From NCBI GenBank assembly GCA_010093815.1, contig ML996598.1: a stretch of DNA of 35,747 nucleotides. One strand, 5' to 3'. Both the position numbers and the translations under genes were made by a program. Origin of the DNA: Pseudovirgaria hyperparasitica. Lineage: Eukaryota. This document shows, piece after piece, positions 24,204 to 35,477 of the stretch. A model generated the notes under the pieces. That model searched no databases and was not told the origin of the DNA. It was given only the letters and a program-made list of their open reading frames with translations. Each line of letters begins with the position of its first letter. Position 1 is the first letter of the stretch.

Positions 24204-27200
24204 TTAGTTAAGGGCTACCCTTAACTAATAATCGCGGTTCTCCCGGGATTCTTCCGACGTATACCAGGGTTCTTCCGGTATATATTAGGCTTCTTCCGGT
24301 ATATATACACGGGTCTACTAGAACTAGGGGAGAGAAAGGTATATAAGCATCTATCGGGCGATATCCTTAGAGTACTTATTAAGCTATCGCGTAATGTTAG
24401 AGGTCCTCGTTATACGGACGAGGGCTTATCTTAGGGTATAGAGGCTAGAGTACGTCGCGAGGTAGTGGTATATTATACCTCTCCGGCCGTAGTCCTCGTA
24501 CTAGAGAGATATATCTAGGACGTCTCTCTAGTAGAGGTAATATAGGAGACCTATAGCGCCTATTTGGGCTTAGAGGAGTATAGATGCTTAGGCCTTCGTT
24601 AGCCCTTTATACATCTATTTACTTAGTTCCTTCTAAGGCCCTTAGATCTATTCTAGATATCTATTCTATTAGGAGGCCCACTAGGCTTTAAGTACCTCCC
24701 TCTATTTATCCTAGATCTACGACCGTATAACGCGGCTAAGCTCCTTAGGGCTCTATTAGCTCGGGATAGTATCCGGGTTATTTCGAACCTCCTACGCGGT
24801 CTAGCTCGAGTCCGCCTCTATATAGTATTTATATTATACTTAAGTTTATCCTATAGTAGGGAGGGTCTAGTAATACGCGTGGATACGTGTACGTAGTATA
24901 GCGAAGGTATATACCCTATCTTCTCCGCGTTCTTATACTTATTATTTAGTAAAGTATATAAGTCTCTATATCTAGTAGAAGTCCTATATACTTATTACGT
25001 TTATCTCGCGTTAGAGAAGCGTCGTGTTAGTAGCTTTATATACACTAGAGATAAGGCGGAGTATACGGTTTTATATAGACTTAAGCTTTACCCGCCGAGC
25101 TTATATAAGGGCCGTGTACTAGTACTCCTATCTATATATAAAGGCTAGGCGTGCTAGGGAGACGTATAGCTGTCTTGCCTTATCCCGGGCTATTCTCTAC
25201 GTAGATGCCGTAATCCGGCGTATAGCGGTTTCTATCTAGAGGGCTCTAGAGACGGCGTGTGCTACCTATGGTCCCTATTTTAGCTTATTATTAATCATGA
25301 CGCCGAGTACTCATATACTCTATACTAGTAGTTCTATAAAGGCGTCGATTTAGGGGCGACGTACCCCCTCCCTAGTAGTCTATCCTCTATAGCGGTTAAT
25401 AAAGTATATAAGCTAGTATTTTTTAGGTGTAAATTTTACTCCGTGGCGCTTTATCTACTAGATATATTTCTCGTGGTCTTATTCGAGTCGTGTATATATT
25501 CTACTAGTACTACTATCGACCGCGAGGAGGTATATATCGTCCGCGTATCTAACTACCTCTATATATTCTATTCCCTAAAGGAGGTCTACTATAAAGAAGA
25601 GGAAGAGAATCAGAGAGATGGTACTCCCTTACGGGATGCCACATACCATCTCCTTATATTCGCTTCGGTATCCGGGGATATATATTTAAGTAGTCCTTTA
25701 CGCGAGAAAGGACTATATAAATCATATAATCTACTTAGGTATTCGCCTTATCCGGAGGTTATAGATAAGTCTTATATAGTTTATCTTATTAAACGCCCCT
25801 ATTATATCTAGGGAGAGTAGCGTAACGACTCGTCCTTATTTCTATGTAGTCTAGATAACCTTAAGGATGTGTTAAATGGCCGTGATTAGGGAGCTTTCTA
25901 CCTTCGCCTTCTGGTTTACTAGGAGAAGGCCGTATACCTATACTACTATACTTATCTTCTTAGTAATCGTAGCTTCTAGTACCTTACTAAGATAGAAGAG
26001 GAGGGCGATCGGCCTCCATCCCTTCGGCGTGTTTAGGCTCTTCCCTAGTTTTAGAAGTATAACCGTGTATACGGTTCGGAAGCTCTATAGGTAGTATCCT
26101 ATACGGGCGCACGCTTAGAATATATGGCCTATAATCGGTAAGGTCGCCTATATAGTCCTCTTAAGGCATTAATTTAGAATTCTATCTAGCCCGGGCGCTT
26201 TATCGTTCGGGAGTGTCTTAATAGTACCGAGTATATTATCGTCCGTGATTTCCCTAGAGATACTTACGGCTTCCGGGTATTCCGTACCGTCGATATCTAA
26301 TAGATCTACGGGTTCTAGGAGAGGGAATATAACCTCTTATAGGATCTCTATTTTCTCGAGGCTCATGGAGTATATCTTTTTGTAATATATAAGAGGGGGT
26401 ATAAGTAGTATAGGTGTTGGGGAGGCGGTGCTTTTAGCCTATTTTACCATATACTATAGTCTAGTAGTATTACGTGTGTGTCTATCTATAACTATATACT
26501 ACTATTTACGTCGCTTATTATAGAGGACCTTATCTCGTTATCTTCTCGCCTCTCTCTATTTATCCTACGCTTTAGGTATACGGTTATAGTATACGTGTAT
26601 ATATAATCTCTAGACTTCTCGCCTATGCTCTCGTACTTAAGGTATACTTTTTAGGTCTAGGGGTCTATACATTCGGTACGGTACGTGTTTATCTCTTACT
26701 CTCTAGTACGCCTATAGGAGTATATTCACGGCCTAGTCGATGGCCGGGCCATTAGATACGTCGACTATAGACGGGTCTAGGATCGTCGATTCTAGGTCCT
26801 TTAGATACTTTTCCTAGTTAGTATCCTTCTATAGCTATCGCCCTCGTTAGTCTTAAGAGGTGGATACGTCTATTACGGTCTCTATATATTCGTGGTCGGA
26901 GTCTATCTATATAAGGCTTAGGCGGTAGTATTAAGTTCTATTATAAATATATCTAGTGGCTAGGGTGAGGTCGAGTGTAGATCCGCCCTTATCTTATTTA
27001 TGTTTTCGCTAGATAATCTATTCTACTAGTATAAGAAGGTATAGAAAGCTATGGTATTAGGTACGTAGTTCTCTAGCTCGAAGCTCTTCGCGGGTAACGG
27101 TTAGTCCACCCTACTAGCTATAATAGAGGTTAAAGTCTCCTAGGAGGATGTGTTATTCTAGCTCGGTAGTGCCCTTAAGCATGTTATCTACCTAAAGCGA

Positions 27201-27527
27201 TCGGTTCTAATTATATATATTATATATATAGAGGGGTCCGATATTCGTCTAGAGGTATAGTATTATCCGGAGGTTATCCCGTTTAGTATATAACTATAAT
27301 AAGAGTAGGATAGACTTATAGATATAGAAGAGAACTCTCCTCTCCGGTCCTAGGGGGTATATTATATAATATCCTAGGTGTGTTATTAGTTTGTTCGTCT
27401 GGTAGTGTTTATATAGCTCCTATATAGTAAGTATTATAGCTCCGGTCTCCTTAAGGAGTATCGCCTAGTTCTTATGTTTATACTATACGTTTACCTATAT
27501 AATTAGGAGTGTATCTTGGTCTCTTAT
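24204..27527 (-). pseudogene. LINE ORF2 (APE + RT)
   Basis: 1108-codon frame. LLGDFNL near 27130-27150, SDH near 26892, GWRPIALL near 26000, GYADD near 25536-25553. Confidence 0.92.
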
Positions 27528-28987
27528 TGGGTGCTAGGGAATATATAGGCCTGTATATTTATTTCTCTAAGACGCGACTATCCTCGTACGGCGGCGGCCT
27601 TAGTAATTCCTTAGGGCCGTCCTATTATTAGCTTTCTCGGGATAGTTTACTATTCCTAACCGCTTCCTCGTAAGGAGGTAGTCTATAGTAGTAGTATTAT
27701 AGTAAAGAGAGGAACGGTAGTAGGTCGTATCGTTTATAGCTACCTTACTCCCTTTATCCGGATTAAGTAGATGTATTTAGTAATCTATTTATGTTTCGCG
27801 CACGTAGCCGACTACGACGGGTACTTACCGTCGTAGTTAGAGTACTTCGCTATATCTCTATCTCTCTAGCCCTTACCTCGTATCCCGTGGGGGTACTCCT
27901 AGGTACTATATTCTTATTAATACCACCTATACCTAGTCTTTTAGGAGTACCGCTATACTATATACCTATATCCCTAATAGTTAAAGCACTATATTATCGC
28001 CTATACTCTATCCTATGGTTCCACTATAAGAAGCTCCCGTTCCGCTAGGAATCCCTCTTACGTAATTCGATACGCGAGGGCGGGGTCCTTAAGCTCTACT
28101 ATTATAGTAGAGTATGCCTTTAATCTGGTTTTAATCCCTTATATATTCTTCTACCATGCTCTTATGATCTTAATCCCTAGGTATTTTCGCTCGTTTAACT
28201 ATTCTATCCGCGTAATATCCTCTTCTCTAATAACCTATCCGCTTATAGATATAGAGTATACCTATATTAGGTATATGGCCGCCCTAATAGAGGCGCCTAG
28301 AAAGATACTACTAATCGCGTTCGGATCGCGCGAGATAGTCTACTACGCGATATTCGTTATCGTGGTAAGTACTACTCCTCCTAGTATAAGTTTAGTAGCG
28401 ATAATATTTAACTATATTCCCTTTTATTCGTTAATCTTACTTACTATATTCTTTAGGGATACTTACTAGACCTATACTAGGGTATCCTTATTCTAGATTG
28501 TGACGTATATACTATACGCCGCGTCGCCGGTCTAGGGGGCCCGTGGTATAGCCTCTGGTGTTACTACTATTTCTACCCATATACTAGGGCGCTTACCTTA
28601 AGTGAGTTCCTCCTAGATTCTATATAGGCTAGCCTCTATTCGGTTAAGCCTACCCTCCGGTCCTCCTAGTTATATCTTCTTCTCCTCCTCTGTAATTCCC
28701 TTTAGGTTCCGGATAAGGTCCTAGAATATATATAGAAGGGTCTTCTAGCCCTCTCCGGCTTCCTTCTCTATATATACTATCTAGTAGTCGATATAATCTA
28801 GGAGGGTTTCCCCTCTTAGGGTCCCCTTTATTCCGTCTATCTATAGCGGCGTGCGCCTTTAGGTATGTTCTACGTTTTAGATAGATATATAGTTACCCTT
28901 AGTAATATCGCTATATGGCCTTTTCTATCGTACTAGTGGGGGTATATCCGGTATATACCGGGGTATGTTAGTGCCTAAGGCCGCCAT
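27524..28987 (-). pseudogene. LINE ORF1 with zinc knuckles
   Basis: ATG GCG GCC at 28987; 488-codon frame. Knuckles at about 27815-27995. Confidence 0.88.
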
Positions 28988-29639
28988 ATTTATTAGTTAA
29001 GGGCTACCCTTAACTAATAAAAGGAGGTCGGCGTATCGGCGTTCTAGTAGCGTGGTCCGTGCCTCTATCTCCGTAAGGATTTTAAGAGGGTATATATATA
29101 TCTTTACACGGCGATAACGTCTTAGTTTCGACGCTACACGTACGTGCGTGTAGTAGTAGTTAGTATACTCGGTATACTCTATTAATTAAGGTGTATATCT
29201 CGCTATATTACCCCGAATGGACCAAGTTAGCCTCTTGGGGATGTAAAAGAAGTTTTATATTTTTTAGTATAGTTTAGCGCCAATTATATTAGTATAAGTT
29301 TAAATTAATTACTATAGAACTATCTCTAGAGGTTAGGTCTAAAGGGTCTATATAGTTCTACTAAGGTCCTCTAATTAGAATACTTATTCTAAGTATTTAG
29401 TACGTTACTTAGAATACTAATATTCTATTTCTAATTACTAGATAGGCTACTTAGAATACCTATTCTAAGTACCTATAATTAGCTCTCCCTATAGGTATCG
29501 GTTTCGGCCTTAGATTATTATCTAAGGTTACCTATCGTATTATAGGCACCTCTTCTATATATTATACTATTTCTTATACTACTTATACTAGAGTCTACGT
29601 ATTCTTCTATGGCTCTAGCTAGTAATTTATTATATATAA

Positions 29640-30997
29640 CGCCTCTCTTAAATAGTCCATTAGATATTCTATTAGCTATTAAAATAGATATCCTAGATTA
29701 GTTACCTAACTACGTTAACGATAATACTACTAAATTAGTATTTAAGAGTATATAGAAGAGATCTATAAGAAAGATAGTTATAACGTGGTTAAATAAACTC
29801 CTCTCTTAAATAAAAAATAAGCCGGCGAAGATAATAGCCGGTATAGTTAGTATAGTATTAGAAACCATAGATAGTAAGTATATACTATATATAGTAGCCG
29901 ATTAGTATTTACTATTTATTCTATAAAGGGGATAACTAAGTAAGTAGTTTAATAGAAAGAACTATCTATCTATAATAGTAACCCTAGTAGTAGATATTAT
30001 ATATATCGCCGCTATAGATATAGAGAAGCGGGTTATATAGTTATACGAGAATAAAGGCCAAAGACTCCTTAAATAAGCTATCGCCTAGGGTAAATTAAAT
30101 AGGCTTAGATATAACACGTACTACTATAAGGCTAGGCTAGCTACTACGTATATACTACTTATATACCTTACTAATAAAAGAATAAGTAAGGAATATATTA
30201 AAATTAGGCTTATACGTCTATTAATAGATAATAATAGTATACTAGATAGGGTAATTATTAATTCTATACGCGAATCGCTCCCCTAGCTAGATAATAGTAT
30301 ACGAAAGAATATAATCTTACTAGCTTTAAAAGGAGTCGCTTTAAAGGTAAACTAGCTCTATAAGCTTATTAATAAAAAGGTTTATAATAAAAATACTAAA
30401 TACGCGCGTCGAACGTTCGCTAACTAACTAGAGAAAATTATAATTATATCTACTATACTAGTAACCATAATATTCCTATATATAGTAAGTATTTATATTA
30501 GTACTTACTAGTAATATAATTTACTAATATATATATAGGTACTACGTTTATACATAAAATTAAAAATATTAGTATATTTACTAGCCGGCCTAAGTACGTC
30601 TAGTATAAATAAGGTATACTAAGATTTTAGATTAAATAAGTTAGATTCTCTATATATTTTACTAGCCTTAGCTTTATAAGTCTATAAGAGATAAGATCTA
30701 ATAGTTACTAGTTATATTATATTAGTAGACTAATATCTATGTAAGAAGATATGGCCGTAGATAAGTATAAGATATTATCGCTATAGATAATATTAGCCTA
30801 TAGTATATATATATACTTTAGTTTTAGACTATTTAGGGGTTAAGAGTAGACTTACTATATTAGGCTAGGTAATTAAAAGTATAAGGAAATAAGCCTTAGA
30901 CCTAGAAAAAGAAGATATATCTATAGTAGCGACGACTATACCCGATATACTAGTATTAGATATATACTTTAGTAATCCTATAGAGATATAGAAGTAA
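29640..30997 (+). pseudogene. SNF2-family pseudogene, 3' part (rest of motif III, motifs IV-VI)
   Basis: Removing element B rejoins AGT ATA ACG CCT CTC TTA AAT AGT CCA TTA GAT (de-RIP SATPL.NSPLD). Motif IV EKI.I.S at 30431. Intron GTAAGT...TACTAAT...TAG at 30485-30538. Motif V G.DL.VASYIVLVD at about 30688-30730. Motif VI Q...RCHR.GQ...V..YTLV at 30758-30823. Confidence 0.82.
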
Positions 30998-31123
30998 GTA
31001 AGGTAGTTAGTTAAGTAGCTTCTAAGAGACTAGATAGTATAGTAGTATAAATACAAACCGCTATTTACTCGTAATTATATATCTATATATATCTATATAT
31101 AAAGAGAAATAAGATATTTATTC

Positions 31124-31336
31124 TATACCGGTATATAGTAGGACATTACTATATATACCGGTATATAATAGAATATTCCAATATACGCCGGTATATTATA
31201 GAATATTTCTAGATACTTAAAATATAGTTATAATATAAAGTAGTATCGCTATTATATGCTGGTATATAGTAGAATATTACTATATATACTAGTATATAAC
31301 GGGATATTCTAATATGCGCCGGTATATAACGGGATT
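31124..31336. repeat. Two blocks of three 30-bp repeats with palindromic core TATACCGGTATA
   Basis: Cores at 31128, 31158, 31188 and 31259, 31289, 31319. Confidence 0.8.
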
Positions 31337-31358
31337 AAACATTTTCTTAATATTTAAT

Positions 31359-31530
31359 AGGATAATTCTAGAAGAACCGGGATAGCTCTAGAAGAACTAG
31401 GATAACTCTAGGAGGACTAGGATAACTTAAGAAGTACTAGAATAACTCTAGAAGGAATAGGATAACTCTAGAAGTACCGGGACCCATTTAGAATAACTTT
31501 AGAAGTACCGGAAGACCTAGAAGTACTAGG
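31359..31530. repeat. 20-bp minisatellite (consensus about GGATAACTCTAGAAGTACCG), about 8 degenerate units
   Basis: Visible 20-nt periodicity over 31359-31482, decaying afterwards. Confidence 0.85.
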
Positions 31531-31559
31531 AGCGCCGTATCTTTCCTAATGTAGCTTAC

Positions 31560-33360
31560 GACTAGTTATTTCAGAGTTTCTAAGCGCCTCTAGAAGTCTA
31601 GTAAAGTATATATAATAGATCTTACTCTAGTTTTACTACTACTAGGTAAGGTAATTTCCCTAGATTAATGTCTATACGTCTATTATAATCTTATAGAATA
31701 GATATCTAGCGTAGAGTACTAGGTTAAGAGAATTAGATTAGTACTATAGAAAGTAATTCTACTATATCTACTAGCTAACATGCTTCTACTTATATCTATA
31801 ACGGCTAAGCTAAGATCTACGCCTAGTAGTAATATTTTAGACTAGAGTCTACTTATCTTTAATAGTATAACTACTATAACTATAACTACCACGACTATAA
31901 TTACTATAATTATAACTACTATAACTACGACCACGACCTCTCTCTAGAATAGCTATAATCTACTTACGGCGGTCTATATCTTAAGGATAATAGAGATTCT
32001 AGTATATAGGGTAGTTCTAGTTCTACCCTAGCGACCTATATAGAAAGAGTAGTAGAAAGTATATTAGAAGATATATTATATAGAGGTTACTTATCTAGCG
32101 TAGAGTACTATCTATATATTAGAGTATAATATTATACTACTCTATAACTAGCTTACTCTATAGCCTAACTAGAAGGAGTCTAGTAATCTTATTATAGTTT
32201 AGTATATTCTATCTCCTTAGGTCGTGGTCGTGGTCTTTAATAATACTAATACTAAGACTAAGGGTAGGCTAGTCGCGTAGTATTTACGCGTTCATACGAA
32301 ATATCTAGATAAACGGGTTTATATAATAGAGAACCTCCTTAATACGCTATAGAATATTATTATAGAGATTATAGAATATAGCATGACATAGCCTACCCTA
32401 CTTAGTCTAGTTATTATAGATATATAGCTATATATACTTTAGATCGTTATAGTTTAGTTATAGATTACTTATAAAATAGAGAAGCTTACCCTTTATAACT
32501 AGAGTATACACGCCTTAATAGCTATTCCTTAGAAGAGTATTCTATAGTATACTATTCTTAATATTAATCTTTATAGAAATAAATAATACTAACTAGTTAT
32601 AGTATTATATACTCTATCGGAACTTCTCTATTATATAGTTCTAAATAGTAGTACTATTCCGGGTCTATTATATCTATAAGAGAAGCTAGTATAAGACTAG
32701 AGGATATTTAGATAGTACTAGAATCTATACTTTACTATTACCATAGTAAGGTATCTAAATCTCTCTATTTACTCTTATTACTAGAACCTCTTTACGCTAG
32801 AAGAGGGTATTATAGAATCTATATATTATACTTAGACGGTGGAGAATATACTAAAAGTTACTTATAATAGAGTAGATAATATAGGTATATAGGGTAGCTA
32901 GCCTATATTTATTATAGTAGATATCTATTATATAGTATAGTACTTAATCCTTTACTACTTCGCGACGCTAACGTATAGATATTTAGTATATCTAGAATTA
33001 ACGTTATAGTATCTACTAGAGGGGGTCTAAGAAAGACTTCTAATTATAATATAACTCTTAGCGTAGGGTACGAAGTATATATTACTAAGATAGTAACTCT
33101 AGCCTTATAATATACTCTATCTAAGAACGACTTTATAATATTTACTAGAGAGTATCTAAGAAAGAGTTCTAGTTATAACACGACTACTAGTAAGGGATAG
33201 GCGGTATCTATTATTAAGATAGCGATTTCTATATTATAACGATTCGACTCTCTCTACGTAAACGACTTTATAGTATCTACTATAGAGGGTCTAGAAAAGA
33301 GTCTTTCTCTATAACTAAAGGTAGCTATTATAGAGTAAGTATTAGTTCTAACTATAGTAT
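31560..33360 (-). pseudogene. Helitron Rep/Hel protein N-terminal fragment, truncated before the HUH nuclease and Pif1 helicase; may extend to about 33860
   Basis: One frame carries de-RIP C.FC.ALFW.EE (32788-32823), CCGNGKV.IP (near 32735), FR.SI.YYN, KYAQLYIYD (near 32420), NPFIQIFR (near 32300), DPRRWN.P...EIA, RDI.L, PLLFPHG.PGW (32023-32060) and LF..IVVDAW..I...RL....NQ (31627-31700). Confidence 0.85.
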
Positions 33361-34253
33361 AGAAGGAGTTCTAAACACGTTATCTAGTAGGTATTTATCT
33401 ATTATAATACTTACTAATCTATCTATAGAACTATCTATTATCTAAGACTATCGTAGATTAAATTAAATTAGCTTTTAAATAGATTAAGGTCTAGCTAGCT
33501 ATATACTAAAGAGAGTGCGCCGTAGTATATATAGAAGGCTATTAGCGTAATATAGGGTTATTTAGAGGGTATTTAGATTACTTATAATATAGTAGAATAA
33601 TAATTAGAAGGTATTATAGAGTTAGTAATAATATTAGTAGCTCTAGCTCTTAAGATATAACTATTATAGAGGACGGGGTATAAAGGGAATAATAGTTTAA
33701 TATTATGGAGAACTAGAGGGAAGGAGTTAGCGTGTATCTAGCTGTAAAGAGGCTACTTAGAAGAATATAAGTAGAAATTAGTATAGAGTATTCTAATCTA
33801 TTATAGAGCTAGCGCTACTAAGGGAGACTAGTAGGGAGGGTAATATACGTTACTACTACTATCGTATATTTTAAATCTTTAGACTCTTTTTCTTTATTTA
33901 TAGTAGTATAATAATATATTATAGAGAGAGAATAGAAGAGGGAATAGAAGAGAAAAAGATAATAATAAGAAGCCTTAGATATACTAGAAAATTAATAGTC
34001 CGCGCCGCTAAGGGCTATAGATTTTTTACCTACTACTAAACGTAATACTAGAGGCTTATAACTAGAACTCGTCTACGACGCCGCGCCTATAAGTTATAAA
34101 AAGTATATAGAATTACTTAGGGTAGCTAGGAGCACGATTTATCGGAATAGATTTTTAATTAAGGGCGTGGTTAATTTATTATAAGGGAAAAGGTAGTTTT
34201 TTAGTCGTGGTTTTAGTAAGGACGCTAGCGGGAACTTGTATCTTTTTATAAGA
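31560..34253 (-). mobile_element. 5' portion of a Helitron-like element; candidate 5' TC terminus at 34253
   Basis: Helitron protein motifs are present. The minus strand reads ...GGAA|TCTTATAAAAAGA where Copia RT homology begins, fitting the 5'-TC and A|T target rule. The boundary is inferred. Confidence 0.55.
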
Positions 34254-35474
34254 TTCCGTAGGAATTACCTAGAAACCTTTGCTTATACTATAAGACCTAT
34301 AGTAATTCGTTTATTACTACTTATAGGCGGGTTATATAATCTTAAAATATATTAATAGGACTTTAAATTAGCTTTTCCTAATGCTAGATTAAAAGAAACT
34401 ATATATATATACTAGCTAGAGAGGTTTATAGACTCTAATTACCCTAATAGAGTCTATAAATTAAATAGAGCTTTATATAGACTTAAATAATTAGCTAGAG
34501 AGTAGTAAGACCTACTTAAGAATATATTAATATCCTTAAAGTTTACTTAAATTATAGCTAAAAATATAGTCTATATTAGAGATAATCTAATTATTTTAGC
34601 CTATATAGATAATATATTAGTTTTTATACCTAATACTAAAGATATAGATAACTTCTATTTCGAGATAACTAAGTACTTTAAATTAGATATATCTAATCTA
34701 GGGTAAGCTAAATATTACCTAGGAATAGAAATAAAGAGAGATAGAACTAAAGGTTCTGTTATATTATCTTAATCTTCTTTTATTAAGAACTTATTAATTA
34801 AGTTTAATAAAGAGAATATAAAGCTATCTAAAAAACCTTTATCTCTAGGTATTAAATTAGATAAAAACCCCTTATAAGCTAAATTAAAAGATATTAGATA
34901 ATTCTAAAGGGAAATTAGTTCTCTTATCTATTTAACTAGTCTAACTAGATATAACCTAAAATACCTAGTAGGCTATCTAGCTAGATTTATATCTAATCTA
35001 AGTCTAGAATACTTTAAAGCCTTAAATAAGCTATAGTAGTATATATTATTTTCTAAGGATTTAGAAATAGAGCTCTATATTAATAGAGACTCTATTAAAG
35101 ACTCTAAATCTAATAATATAATAGCTAAAGGTTATATGGACTTAGATTAGAGGGGGGATATATCTAGAAAAAGTACTACTAGATATATATTCCTTATAGG
35201 GAATAACCCTATCTTCTAGGATTTAAAATTATAAAAAGCTATAGTACTTAGTTTCTATAAGGCTGAATATATAGCCCTTAAGGAAGTAACTAAGGAATTA
35301 TTATATATTAAGTCTCTTATTACTTAAATTCCTATATTAAATAATATAGAGATTAAGGACTTATATATAGATAATTATTTAGCTATAGAAATTATAAAGA
35401 ATCTAGCCTATTATACTAGAACTAAGTATATAGATATTTAATACTATTTTATTAGAGATAATTGTGAAAAGGGC
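34254..35474 (+). pseudogene. Ty1/Copia RT-RNase H fragment, truncated at both ends
   Basis: De-RIP YLETFA, QWDFKSAF, QPEGF, ALYGLKQSAREW, AYVDD (34599-34613), GY.DSDWGG..SRKSTTGY (near 35130) and TKHIDI.YHFIRD (near 35421). Confidence 0.93.
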
Positions 35475-35477
35475 AGG

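Larger units (their letters stand above)
23972..29281 (-). mobile_element. Full-length Tad1-like LINE (related but diverged subfamily), RIP-inactivated
   Basis: 16-bp TSD AATTATATTAGTATAA at 23956-23971 and 29282-29297. Short TATTATTA tail. Colinear homology to 16237-21535. Confidence 0.95.
4085..29634 (-). mobile_element. Ty3/Gypsy chromovirus B (about 7.0 kb without its three nested insertions), RIP-inactivated
   Basis: Both LTRs reconstruct to 529 bp with inverted termini TATAATAAA...TTTATTATA. TSD TATAA at 4080-4084 and 29635-29639. PPT near 12492-12500. Domain order gag-PR-RT-RH-IN-chromo on the minus strand. Confidence 0.95.
23780..29634 (-). repeat. 5' LTR of element B, split by the minus-strand LINE into 29298-29634 and 23780-23971
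   Basis: The joined pieces total 529 bp and match the 3' LTR. Confidence 0.93.

Noticed and set aside
25443..28469. Plus-strand ORFs of 122, 85 and 101 aa
   Set aside because: Antisense shadows of the minus-strand LINE ORFs.
31124..31530. CRISPR array
   Set aside because: The repeats are tandem without unique spacers, the context is eukaryotic, and there are no cas genes.
554..34253. Starship element call
   Set aside because: No tyrosine recombinase captain or Starship termini are recognisable in this window; it cannot be excluded from flanking sequence.
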